Program-made: the position numbers and the translations under genes
Notes under the pieces: model-generated
What the model saw: the letters and a program-made list of their open reading frames with translations, nothing else
What the model was told of the DNA's origin: nothing
The model's database searches: none
Shown: positions 36,817-48,500 of the stretch, one piece after another
How the letters are laid out: every line of letters starts with the position of its first letter
Position numbering within the stretch: position 1 is the first letter of the stretch
Source of the DNA: an uncultured virus (IMG/VR IMGVR_UViG_3300017758_004847)
Lineage: Duplodnaviria; Heunggongvirae; Uroviricota; Caudoviricetes
Strand: one strand, 5' to 3'
IMG/VR virus record: IMGVR_UViG_3300017758_004847
Length of the DNA stretch: 64,000 nucleotides

Positions 36817-38196
36817 ATGAGTAAGAAAAAAATATTATTACTTTCTGATGATATGAGAATGACATCGGGAGTTGCAACAATGTCCAAAGAAATTGTTTTA
36901 GGATCCGTCAAAGACTTTGATTGGGTTCAGTTGGGAGCAGCAATTAAACATCCTGAATATGGTAAGGTAGTTGATCTAAAAGATGATATTAGAAAAAGAA
37001 CAGGTGTTCAAGACGCTAATGTTAAGATCATACCTTATAATGGTTATGGGGATATAGGTAAGTTGAGGTCTATAATTGAAGAAGAAAACCCTGACGCTAT
37101 ATTACATTTTACCGACCCACATTATTGGCAATGGTTATATGACAATGAACAAGAAATTAGGAATAAGGTTCCTTTACTCTTTTATCATATTTGGGATGAT
37201 TTACCTGACCCATATTATAATAGAAACTATTATGAATCATGCGATTGGTTAGGATGTATCTCAAAACAAACCTACGGAATTGTTCATAGGGTTGGGAAGA
37301 GTACTAGAGAGGTAACACACCAACCACTTAAGAATTGGCAAATAAGTTATGTTCCTCATGGAATTAATACTGAAGTTTATAAACCATTAAAGGGTGAGGA
37401 CGAAGAGATGAAAAAATTCGTCCACGGAGATAAGGACTATGATTTCATTTTATTCTTCAATAATAGAAATATAAAAAGAAAACAACCATCAGATGTAATT
37501 TACTGTTATAAATTATTCTGTGATAATTTACCTAAAGAGAAATCTGACAAATGTTTACTACTAATGCACACCTCTTCTTTAGACAAAAATGGTACTGACT
37601 TAGTTGCTGTAGTAAATGAATTATGTCCCGACTACGATGTTAAATTCACCAACGATAAATTCGATCAGTCTCAACTGAATAGAATATATAATACGGTGGA
37701 TTGCACAATTAACATCGCTAATAATGAAGGTTTCGGTTTAACCACCGCTGAGAGTTTATCTTCAGGTACACCTATTATTGTAAATGTAACAGGTGGATTA
37801 CAGGACCAATGTGGTTTTAAGAAAGATGGTAAACTATTAAAAGCCGATGATTATATTGAAATAGGTTCCCTACATCAACGAGGAGTTTGGGAGGGTGACT
37901 TAGAACATGGTGATTGGGTTAAACCAATATGGTCAACATCAATTACATTAAATGGTTCACCTAATACCCCTTATATATTTGATGATAGAATAGAACATAT
38001 CTCTGTGGTAAATGCAATTCAAACAATGTACGACTACGGTCGCAAAGAAAGAAAGAAACGTGGATTGTTAGGTAGAAAATATATCCAACAACACTTCTCA
38101 AGAGAAGTTATGTGTAAAACATTAGTTAAGGGTGTAAAACAAACATTAAAGAAGTTTCAAAAGAAACCAAAATACGAATTATATAAAATAGTATGA
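36817..38196 (+). CDS. Glycosyltransferase, GT4-like
   Basis: YVPHGIN, NRNIKRKQ, EGFGL..AE....GTPI. Confidence 0.88.
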   Translation: MSKKKILLLSDDMRMTSGVATMSKEIVLGSVKDFDWVQLGAAIKHPEYGKVVDLKDDIRKRTGVQDANVKIIPYNGYGDIGKLRSIIEEENPDAILHFTDPHYWQWLYDNEQEIRNKVPLLFYHIWDDLPDPYYNRNYYESCDWLGCISKQTYGIVHRVGKSTREVTHQPLKNWQISYVPHGINTEVYKPLKGEDEEMKKFVHGDKDYDFILFFNNRNIKRKQPSDVIYCYKLFCDNLPKEKSDKCLLLMHTSSLDKNGTDLVAVVNELCPDYDVKFTNDKFDQSQLNRIYNTVDCTINIANNEGFGLTTAESLSSGTPIIVNVTGGLQDQCGFKKDGKLLKADDYIEIGSLHQRGVWEGDLEHGDWVKPIWSTSITLNGSPNTPYIFDDRIEHISVVNAIQTMYDYGRKERKKRGLLGRKYIQQHFSREVMCKTLVKGVKQTLKKFQKKPKYELYKIV

Positions 38197-39449
38197 GTAA
38201 AAAATCATTATTATTTAGAGGACCAGTCAAAAGTTTAAGTGGTTATGGGTCTCATTCGAGAGACCTTTTAAAATCACTTTATGATATGGACTTATTTGAT
38301 ATCATAATAGATAGTACTTCATGGGGTAACACACCTTTAAATGTATTAGATAAAGATGTTTTATTCCATAAGTGGATTGATGATCGTATTGTAACGACTT
38401 TAGAAGAACAACCCGACATTTATATACAATTAACAGTTCCGAGTGAGTTCAAAAGAGTAGGTAAATTCAATATAGGTATAACTGCAGGGATTGAAACTAC
38501 CGTAGCACCCAAATCTTGGATAGATGGTTGTAACAACATGGATTTAATATTAGTTACATCTTCATTTTCAAGGGATAGTTTACTACAAACGGTTTATAAT
38601 GAGACCGATAAAGTTACCACCAAGTTAATCAAACAACACAAGATTACCACACCAATAGAAGTACTTCATGAAGGTGTAGATCTATCCATATATAATAATC
38701 ATAAAAGTGACTTTGAATTAAATATTAAAGAAGACTTTGCATATCTATTTGTTGGTCATTGGTTAAAAGGTGATTTGGGTCAAGATAGGAAAGATGTTGG
38801 GATGTTAGTTAGGTGTTTCTGTGAAAGTTTTAGTGGTAAGAAAGATAAACCCGCACTTATACTTAAAACATCAAGTGCAACATTTTCAATTAAAGAAAGA
38901 GAAAAACTAAGACATAAAATTCAGAATCTAACATCTGATTACGATGACGCACCGTCGATATATCTTCTATTTGGTCAATTAACTGATGAGGAGATGAATG
39001 GCCTTTACAACCACGAAAAAATTAAATCTATGGTTTCGATAACAAAAGGTGAGGGTTTTGGTAGACCGTTATTAGAATTTTCAATAACGGGTAAACCTAT
39101 AATTGCATCAAATTGGTCAGGTCATAAAGATTTCCTACCAATGGATAAAGGTATTATGGTAGGTGGTAAACTAACACACGTACATAAAAGTGCATCGGAT
39201 GATTTTATACTAACATCGGCAAAGTGGTTTACTGCTGACTATGAAGAGTTTGTACAAGTATTAAGGGTGGTATATAAACAATATGAGGATTTTAGTGAGA
39301 GATCTGAGAATCTTAGAAAATCTAATGTTTCAGAATTTTCACTTGAGAAAATAACCTCTGATTTTAAAAAAATATTATCTGGTATTGTAACAGATAAACC
39401 AAAGAAGGTGGATCTTAAAATCCCTAAATTAACAAAAAAAGAAAATTAG
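38193..39449 (+). CDS. Glycosyltransferase, GT4-like
   Basis: SGYG, FVGHW...RKD, GEGFGRPLLE...GKPIIA..WSG. Confidence 0.88.
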   Translation: MSKKSLLFRGPVKSLSGYGSHSRDLLKSLYDMDLFDIIIDSTSWGNTPLNVLDKDVLFHKWIDDRIVTTLEEQPDIYIQLTVPSEFKRVGKFNIGITAGIETTVAPKSWIDGCNNMDLILVTSSFSRDSLLQTVYNETDKVTTKLIKQHKITTPIEVLHEGVDLSIYNNHKSDFELNIKEDFAYLFVGHWLKGDLGQDRKDVGMLVRCFCESFSGKKDKPALILKTSSATFSIKEREKLRHKIQNLTSDYDDAPSIYLLFGQLTDEEMNGLYNHEKIKSMVSITKGEGFGRPLLEFSITGKPIIASNWSGHKDFLPMDKGIMVGGKLTHVHKSASDDFILTSAKWFTADYEEFVQVLRVVYKQYEDFSERSENLRKSNVSEFSLEKITSDFKKILSGIVTDKPKKVDLKIPKLTKKEN

Positions 39450-39450
39450 T

Positions 39451-40299
39451 ATGAATATATTAGTTACTGGTGGAAATGGTTTTATTGGTAGTAACCTAAT
39501 CAAGAGACTTTTAAATGATGGTCATAGTGTAAAATCATTAGATAACCTATCAACAGGTTTGAAAGAATATGAAGTCGAAGGATGTGTTTATCAATATGGT
39601 GATGTAGAAAATATAGATCGTATCGGTGGTTTATTTGATGTATGTTTTCATCTATCAGCACTTTCAAGGATACAACCTTCCTTCGAAGATCCAACAGAAA
39701 CTTTTAGATCAAATACAATAGTTTGTCAAAGGGTTGCTGATTGGGCTAAAAGACAAAATGTTAAAGTTGTTTATGCAGGGTCGTCATCACAATGGCACAA
39801 CCCCGAGGACTCACCATACGCAACTTATAAAAAATTAGGTGAAGACATATTCAAATTATACAGGAAAACCTATGATTGTGATTTTGAAATTGCAAGATTT
39901 TACAATGTATATGGACCTAACGAATTAGTTGACGGTAAATGGGCAGCAGTAATAGGTATATGGAGACATCAAGTAAACGAGGGTGATCCAATTACAGTTG
40001 TTGGAGATGGTGAACAGAGAAGAGACTTTACACATGTTGATGATATTGTTGATGGTTTAGTGAGAATATCTCAAACCGATAAGAGTCATGTAGATGCTTG
40101 GGAATTAGGAACTGGTATTAATTACTCAATCAATGAAGTATTAGACATCTTTAAAGAACGTTTTGGTAATGTAGATAAAGTGAATATACCTGATCAAACA
40201 GGGAACTATAGGGAAACACTAAGGGAGAATAACGACACGTTAGACTTGTTAGGTTGGTCACCAAAAGATAAACTCAAAGAATATATACTTTCACTATGA
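39451..40299 (+). CDS. NAD-dependent epimerase/dehydratase
   Basis: VTGGNGFIG, YATYK (YxxxK), RFYNVYGP, GDGEQRRDF. Confidence 0.93.
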   Translation: MNILVTGGNGFIGSNLIKRLLNDGHSVKSLDNLSTGLKEYEVEGCVYQYGDVENIDRIGGLFDVCFHLSALSRIQPSFEDPTETFRSNTIVCQRVADWAKRQNVKVVYAGSSSQWHNPEDSPYATYKKLGEDIFKLYRKTYDCDFEIARFYNVYGPNELVDGKWAAVIGIWRHQVNEGDPITVVGDGEQRRDFTHVDDIVDGLVRISQTDKSHVDAWELGTGINYSINEVLDIFKERFGNVDKVNIPDQTGNYRETLRENNDTLDLLGWSPKDKLKEYILSL

Positions 40300-40922
40300 A
40301 AATATCCTACGCAATAACAGTATGTAATGAGTTTATTGAAATACAGAAACTATTAAACTTTCTATTAGAAAATAAGAGACAAGAAGATGAAATAGTTGTT
40401 TTGTGGGACTCTAATGGTGATAAAGAGATAGAGACGTACCTGAGATCAAAAAATGTAAGTAAGAGTTTTTTTCTTTGGTATCCTTATGATTTTAAGAACG
40501 ATTTTTCTGACTTAAAGAATCAATTAGTGAGCCATTGTAATGGAGATTATATTTTTCAAATAGATGCTGACGAAATACCAAACGAATTCTTACTCAAAAA
40601 TCTACCTAATATTATAGAATCAAATGGAGGTGTTGAAGTCATTTTAGTACCAAGAGTGAATATTGTTGATGGAATAGACCCTGGTCACCATATAAATCAG
40701 TGGGGTTGGCGTTTGGATGAAGAGAATAGAATCAATTGGCCTGATTATCAATGGAGAATATGGAAAAATTTAGATAATATTAAATGGGTTAATAAAGTTC
40801 ACGAAAGACTTGATGGTTTTAAGACTTACTCCACATTACCAAAAGAGACTAAGTACTCCTTGTATCATCACAAAACAATAGAAAAACAGGAAAGACAAAA
40901 TGAATTTTACAGAACCTTATGA
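40296..40922 (+). CDS. Glycosyltransferase, GT2-like
   Basis: ISYAITVCNE, IFQIDADE, VHE. Confidence 0.85.
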   Translation: MKISYAITVCNEFIEIQKLLNFLLENKRQEDEIVVLWDSNGDKEIETYLRSKNVSKSFFLWYPYDFKNDFSDLKNQLVSHCNGDYIFQIDADEIPNEFLLKNLPNIIESNGGVEVILVPRVNIVDGIDPGHHINQWGWRLDEENRINWPDYQWRIWKNLDNIKWVNKVHERLDGFKTYSTLPKETKYSLYHHKTIEKQERQNEFYRTL

Positions 40923-42024
40923 TTATGATATCTCCTTTGTTTTAGCCGTCTACAATAATTTAGACTATACGAAAGAATGTTATGAACGAATCAGGAATAT
41001 ATATCCTGAAGCTCCTTTCGTTATTAGTAGTGGTGGTTCAACAGATGGGACATTAGAGTGGTTACAATCTCTTGATGACGATGAATTATCTTTTATTCAT
41101 GATGATGACCAATTAAGTTTCTCCGAAAATTACAATGCAGCAATAAAATTAGTTGATACTGATAAACTTGTTTTGATCCATAACGATATGGTTATAGGTG
41201 AAAACTTCTTAGAAAACTTATCTGAGTTAGTTGATGAAAAAACATTAATTACATACACCACAGTTGAACCTCCGATATTTAAGGGACATAAGAGAGTAGG
41301 TAAAGTCATTATGGATTTAGGTACGGGGTTCAATGACTTCAATCAAATTGTTTTTGATGAATATGTTGATAGAGTTAAAGACAAAAAAGACTTAGTTAAT
41401 GGTTGTTCCTGTGTTTTTATGTGTGGTTATAAAAAACTATTTGAAGATGTTGGTTACTTTGATGGGTTTTCATTTAAACCATTTTTTTGTGAAGATGATG
41501 ACTTTATTATTAGGACTAAACTTAAGGGTTATCAACTCAAAACAACTGAATGTGCGGTAGTGTATCACTTCGTATCAAAAACAAGTAGAGTCTTAAGGTC
41601 GAGTGAAAGTAAACTTAGTGAACATAGAAATATTAGAAACTTTGTAAGAAAATGGGGTATAACAATACCAGTTTTCAACGAACTAAGATATTGGGAAGAT
41701 ACTGTGTTTACTTATAAAACTTTCAATATGGGATTAACCACGAATAGTGATAAATACCTATATAGATTAGAACCTTTTTTTGATAAAATAAATTTAGGTA
41801 AAATGCCGACAGAGTATATTGAGAATGAACAACCAAATACAAATTATGACCTGAGATCTAAATTCTTACTTACTGATGTGGTTGATGTTATGGTTTATGA
41901 AACCTCCCCTTTTGAAGACGAAGATATATATACCTTAAATAAAATCCGATTATCAATTCCACACTACGATGTAGGGGAATATCAAATCGGAAATATGACT
42001 ATCGTTATTAATAATAAGATTTAA
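40900..42024 (+). CDS. Glycosyltransferase, GT2-like
   Basis: VYN, GSTDGT, HND, G.FD..F....EDDD, VYH. Confidence 0.85.
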   Translation: MNFTEPYDYDISFVLAVYNNLDYTKECYERIRNIYPEAPFVISSGGSTDGTLEWLQSLDDDELSFIHDDDQLSFSENYNAAIKLVDTDKLVLIHNDMVIGENFLENLSELVDEKTLITYTTVEPPIFKGHKRVGKVIMDLGTGFNDFNQIVFDEYVDRVKDKKDLVNGCSCVFMCGYKKLFEDVGYFDGFSFKPFFCEDDDFIIRTKLKGYQLKTTECAVVYHFVSKTSRVLRSSESKLSEHRNIRNFVRKWGITIPVFNELRYWEDTVFTYKTFNMGLTTNSDKYLYRLEPFFDKINLGKMPTEYIENEQPNTNYDLRSKFLLTDVVDVMVYETSPFEDEDIYTLNKIRLSIPHYDVGEYQIGNMTIVINNKI

Positions 42025-42029
42025 ACCTA

Positions 42030-42473
42030 TTAACTAATAAGTTTAAAAAGTATTTTGTACTGATCCGTTGTTTTACCAACGTCTCTTAAATCGTCTTTGC
42101 TAATTGTGGGTACGTCAAGTTCAATCTCTTTATTTAGTAGTTTTCCATACTCCTCTAAGAACTCAACATATTTTTCATTCTTGACTGTTTCAGTCTTTTT
42201 ACCCTTTTTAACTTCAACTGTGGGTTTTATTTCTACCGCACCATCTTCTTTGGTTGATCCGTATTTTGTTACTAATTCATTTCTGAGTTCATCAACTTTA
42301 CTTTTCTCTTCTGAAAGTGATTTTGTTAACTCAGATAATTCGTATTTCAGAAGGATTGGTAATTCGAGATTTGCAAAACCTTTATATACTACTTCACCTG
42401 TTTGTTGGTTTGATAGTCCGTTGATCTCAGCTTCTAACTGAAGTACTTCGTCAATTGTTAATTTAATACTCAT
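42030..42473 (-). CDS. Hypothetical protein downstream of the tail fibre (possible chaperone)
   Basis: 147 aa, helical, R.ELV.KYG motif; adjacent to the fibre gene. Confidence 0.65.
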   Translation of the reverse strand: MSIKLTIDEVLQLEAEINGLSNQQTGEVVYKGFANLELPILLKYELSELTKSLSEEKSKVDELRNELVTKYGSTKEDGAVEIKPTVEVKKGKKTETVKNEKYVEFLEEYGKLLNKEIELDVPTISKDDLRDVGKTTDQYKILFKLIS

Positions 42474-42552
42474 AATTTATAATGTTTTTAAAAAGTATAA
42501 GATATATTTTTCAAAAAGTCAAGACTATGATTAAAGAAATATTGTTGTTTTA

Positions 42553-45500
42553 TTAGAAATTACTTGAGTCGAATACTCTGTATCTAATTTTTATAGAGAT
42601 TGAATTAAAACCAGAACCTATTGTACCACTTGTTCTGTGAATTGTTGTCGCTAAGTTATTCCCGTAAGTTCTTCCATTTATAGGAACATCTCTTTCGTAT
42701 ATTACATCACCTCCAGCAGAACTAGCCTGTTGCCAGTTCGAATACGGAAGTTTAGAGATTGTCACTGCTCCTGGTGACCCTGGTTGTCTTAATTCTATAG
42801 CAGAAGCACCACTATGTCTGAAGTTATTCTTTATTAAATATGAAGTTTCATATATAACCACAAATTTTCCACTACCAGGTGCTGATATTATAGTCGTTCC
42901 GTTACCCCCAAATCCATTATTAATTTGAGCTGCTGTATAGGTAACTGTTGTTTCTTGGTATGGGTTAGATGCCGATGAAGTTATATATCCCGCTTGTGAA
43001 TGGTCACCCCATCCATATGCGGTATCCCAATTAGACTTATTATATCCTGTTGTTGTAACTATACCTAACGTATTAATAAAATTAGTAGGTGAGTAGTATC
43101 TAATATATCCATCTCCTGACGCGTATATTCTACTGATTGAATTCGTTCCATTATCTCCACTTGTTGTGTTAATCCATCCCGCTTGAATATATCCATTAAC
43201 ATCAGTACGAACAACTTTGTTTGCTTCATTATTTCTACCTGTATGTAAATCTATTCCATCTAATAAATTTGAATCTGCTGCTTTACCTGAAGTTGATAGA
43301 TAACCTCCACTTGCATGATTTCCCCATCCATATGCGGTATCCCAATTAGATGAGTTATTTGTCAGGTTACCTGAATCCCATATCTTTTTATTAGTACCCC
43401 AAGCGGAATCACTCGTTGCTGTTCTTCTCCATAAATGATCACCAGAGAATATTAATTGTTCTTGTCTGTGACTTGCGTCAAAACTTGCCCACTTAGATAC
43501 TGTTAGTAATGAGTGCCATCCGTCACCTCCAACACCCGTATCAGATGTGTTTTGGAAATCCCATTGTGCGTATCTATCATCATAGTATGATGGTGCTCTC
43601 GCAGATCCTCTACTATCTGTAATGTAGTTTCTATCATTAGTATCTGTTAGTGTACCCGTATTAGAAGTATAACCCGCTACTGAGTGATCTCCCCACCCAT
43701 ACGCTGTGTTCCATTGTGATGAATTACCATGGGATGTTGTTGTTATAGTACCATCTGTCCATATACCCGCTCCAATGGCAGATACAGTAGTACCATTCCT
43801 CATTATTAACATTTGATGATCTAAACCTGATTTAGATTGTCCACCAACATTTGTATGTGTGAACGATATACCGTATAAATTACCAGATGTTGAACCATCA
43901 TCTGAAAGATTATAAGCGGTACCCATAGACCAAACATGTTGGTATTTCGTTGAGGAATATAAACCATAAACACCTCGTCCATAATTGTTGGCGACTAATG
44001 CATGTTGAGTACCCATTGTAATAGTACCCGTAAACGTATCCGCCGTATCACTTCTTAAGAATTGAGTTGAATCTAACGTATCTAATGTAGTGGCATTACC
44101 ACCATCTGGTGATGTTATATATCCTGCTACTGAGTGGTCGCCCCATCCATATGCAGTATTCCAATTTGTAGAACTGTCAGTAAAATTACCACTATGATAA
44201 ACTTTATTTTGGGTAGTTTGACTACCAGCGTATATTTCACCCGTAGTTATTATACCACCATTTACAGTTAAATCTAAATCAACTTTGGCTCTTTCACCAA
44301 AACTTGACCAATTAGAAACGTCACCAGGATCGGATGCATCAGCAACCCAATTTTTTAAAACCCAACCAGCCGTTTGAGCATTACCACCTACAATGGCAGC
44401 ATATACTGAGTTAGAATCCGCATCTACATATACCTGTAAAGCAGCCCCCGCGTAAGTATCATGATCTTTTATTCTTATATATCTAAAGTTTGTACCCGAG
44501 TACCTTGAATTGGCTGTAACAGTTATGTCGTTTGATGTGTCTGTACCAAAATGATGTGATGCACTAAATAGAACAGATTGATGATCGCTTGATGCTGTAT
44601 CCCATATTTGAAACTCCCCTAAAGCTCTATCACCTGTGTTAGTGGCAATTGTATACCAACCAACGGCTAAGTTACTTTGACTGAATGAATCTATGTAACC
44701 TCTATCAAAATAGGTTTTCATTTCTGATTCAGTATAATATCTATCGTCGTGATTATGTGATGGTAACGATGTAAGATAACCTCCACTTGCATGATTTCCC
44801 CATCCATATGCGGTATTCCAATTGGATATATTTAATGCACTACCGAAAACATAAGCGGTATTCGTATCACCTTCTAATTGTAATGGATGTGGTGTTTCAT
44901 AACCACCATCTATTGTGTCACTACCATCTCTGTCGGCAAGTACATAGAAATTATTACTATTAACGTGTATGTAAAAATTATCCTCCGATGATGTATCCAT
45001 GAAAGATATAGTTCCATGTGAACCTTCTATAACAAGAGAGGAATTAGAAAACTTTTTAGTTCCAGATATAGATTGGTTACCCGTTAATTTTACCACACTG
45101 TTGTCAGCGGCATAACCTCCACTTGCATGATCCCCCCATCCATATGCGGTATTCCAATTTCCGTCATTATAAGAAGATGCGTTACTATGTATAACCTCAC
45201 TTAGTGTTAAATCTACCCCACTTGTAGCGTCTTTATAACCAATCATAACACCACCATTGTATGGTGCTTGTAATATTAACTTATCAGCGGCATCATTAGA
45301 TACACCAATAACCATAGCCGCAGACTCACCTGTCGTGTTACCATAACCATATGAGTGAAACTGTATAAAACCATAATCAGAAGGATCATTGATATTAGCA
45401 CCATCTTTTTCTGACTCAAAAAATATCCCACTTCTACCTACACTATCACCTTTTAATACTATGTTAGTACCTGCACTTTGATAATAACCCATATCAGTAC

Positions 45501-48500
45501 CGCCAGAGTCTATAGAACCACCTATTGTAAGTGCTCCCGTTGTCGTATCGTTCGCATCACTTCTTAAGTACTTACTTTGAGTTGAACTTGAAGTTAGGTA
45601 CCCCGCTTGTGAATGGTCTCCCCATCCATATGCGGCATCCCAATTAGTTATATCACTCGATGAAATACCTCCCGCTGCCGATGCGGAGAATACAGGATCT
45701 GACTCAGTAAATGAAGTCAAGTATCTTCCATCGATATCTACGGTGAATGTATCTCCACCATTATTTCTTGTAAATGTAATTACACCATTACCACTATTAA
45801 AAGTCGCACCCGTTGTAAACTCATTTGTATCTGTAAATGAACTTATATATCCCGCTTGTGAATGATCTCCCCATCCATATGCGGTATTCCAATTAGATAT
45901 ATTAGTACTTGAAAAGTCACCATCGTGCCAATACTTCTTCCAAGTTTGTTTTGACCCATTAGCGACGGTTCTTATGTACATTCTACCCGCATCACCACCT
46001 GTCATTTGAATGGCCAAGGTATTACTATAATATGATACAGGGTCACCATGTCCAATTCTTAAAGAGGTGTACCAATCTGTAGTAGGATTTAAATCCAGAG
46101 TACTCTCTTGAGAATTCCAATTTTGCATCCCACCACTACCTTCATTTGCGGTAGATCCTAATAAGAATTTATGGTTGTGTGCTGTTTCTGCATATCTACC
46201 ATCAATATCAACAGTATATGTAGCACCACCATTCTTAGTGAATGTAATTATACCGTTACTACTATTGAATGTTGCGCCTGTTGTGTGTAAAACAGTATCA
46301 ACTGCAAAACCTGTAACGTCTACTGAACCTCCGTTTGATTTATTTAATGTTAATGTTTGGTTGGCATCATTGTATGTTCCACCTGTAACATTAATATCTG
46401 TTAGTGTAGAACTAATGTCCACATTAAATGTGTCACCACCATTATTTCTTGTGAAGGTTACTATACCAGTATTACCATCAAAAGTGGCTCCCGTAACAAA
46501 CTCATTGGTGTCCGTAAATGAACTTATATATCCTGCTAGTGAATGATCTCCCCATCCATATGCTGTGTTCCAATTTGTTGAGTTACCACCATCACCATAA
46601 AAAGTGCCTGCATGTACTTGATACCATCTTTTACTTGAAGTACCTAATAATTGATCAGATTGATTATCACCTGAAGGTTGAACACCTCTATTAAATTGTA
46701 TTTTATTATCAGTTTCATTTAAAGTTATCTCACCCCAACCATTACTGGCTGCATTATATAATCTAAAAGATTTACCTGCGTTAACAGCTACAATACCTGC
46801 AAAACGTGTGTTTTGAGATGCGTCTAATCTTATCGCCTCAGTATTGTTTGTTCCAATAGATAATTGTTCAGAACCGCCTGCGGTTCCTATAAAAGTGGTA
46901 GGATTTACTCCACTACCATTTCTTATTATGAAAGAACCTCTAGCACCTGTGTTAGAGTAAAACCTTGCAATAGTTGAATTGTCGGTGTCTGCCCCTTTAA
47001 CATCTAAAGGATGACTTGGAGACCCCATATTATCACCAATTCCTATATTTCCAGCAAAAGTTGCATCGACATCATTAATTGTTAATCTTACAGAGCCACC
47101 AGATACTACAGCAAACGTCTCGTCATCACTAAACCCAAATTTAGTACCAGAATCGCCAGTGTGGTTTATATAATCAGGTATAGTTAAATCACCTGTTAAT
47201 GTGCCACCAGCTAATGGTAGGAATCTTCCATCGATATCAACTGTAAATCCTGCATTACCTGTTCCCACACCTGTTATAACACCTGTTGATGAATTGAATG
47301 TCGCTCCACTTATATAGTCTATGTCATTATCATTTCCACTATCCGTAACTGTTTCTGTAGCCGTGGTTAATCCTGTTACGTGTCCATTACTATCAAGTAA
47401 TATATCTTGAATATATGTTCTTCCACTATTGTTGGAAGAACTTGCTGCAGATATATTGTCATGTTGAGTATATGTTTCAGTGAATGAAGTAAGATATCTT
47501 CCATCTAAGTCTACATTAAAGGTATCACCCCCATTGTTTCTTGTAAACGTAACAACACCATTACTTGTGTTAAATGTTGCTCCCGTTGTAAATTCATTTG
47601 TATTTGTAAATGAACTTATATATCCCGCTTGTGAATGATCTCCCCATCCATATGCCGTCACACCATTTGCAACATCTGTTGTTGTGAAGTCACCTGCATG
47701 ATGTACACGATTACCATTAACTTGTAATCTGTTATTACCTCTTGTAACATTTACAAGACCATTATGATCAATCGATATTGCGGTTTTTGAACCAGTAGCA
47801 TAACTGTCGGTGGTTGCGATGTACATTTTTGTACCATAAGAACCATCAGACTTTACATATATACCCGCTTGTGCACTATTTGCATCAGATGCGTTGAATG
47901 TAATTGCACCACCCGCATGGTCGTTACTAACACTCATTAAATGAATATTACCTTCACCTAAACCTGGTGTGGTTGCATTCCATATATCAGAACCATTAGA
48001 GTGAGTTCTCCTCCCTCTTGCGGTTACAGTTGATAACGTATCGGTTTCACTATAACTTGTTAGATATCCCGCTACTGAATGATCTCCCCATCCATATGCA
48101 GTATCCCAATTTGATATTTTAGTTGTAGTAACTCCAAATGCCGCATGTGCAGTAAATATAGGATCTGACTCAGTAAACGAAGTTAAAAATCTACCATCTA
48201 AATCAACATTGAAAGTGTCGCCACCATTGTTTCTTGTAAATGTAATTTTACCGTCACTTGTGTTGAATGTCGCACCTGTAACAAATTCGTTTGTATCCGT
48301 AAATGAACTTATGTATCCTGCTAGTGAATGATCTCCCCATCCATATGCAGTATCCCAATTCGATATTTTAGTTGTGGTAACACCAAATGCCGCATGAGCA
48401 GTAAATACAGGGTCGGTTTCTGTAAATGATGTTAGGAATCTACCATCTAAGTCTACAGTAAATGTGTCGCCACCATTGTTTCTTGTAAATGTAAGAACAC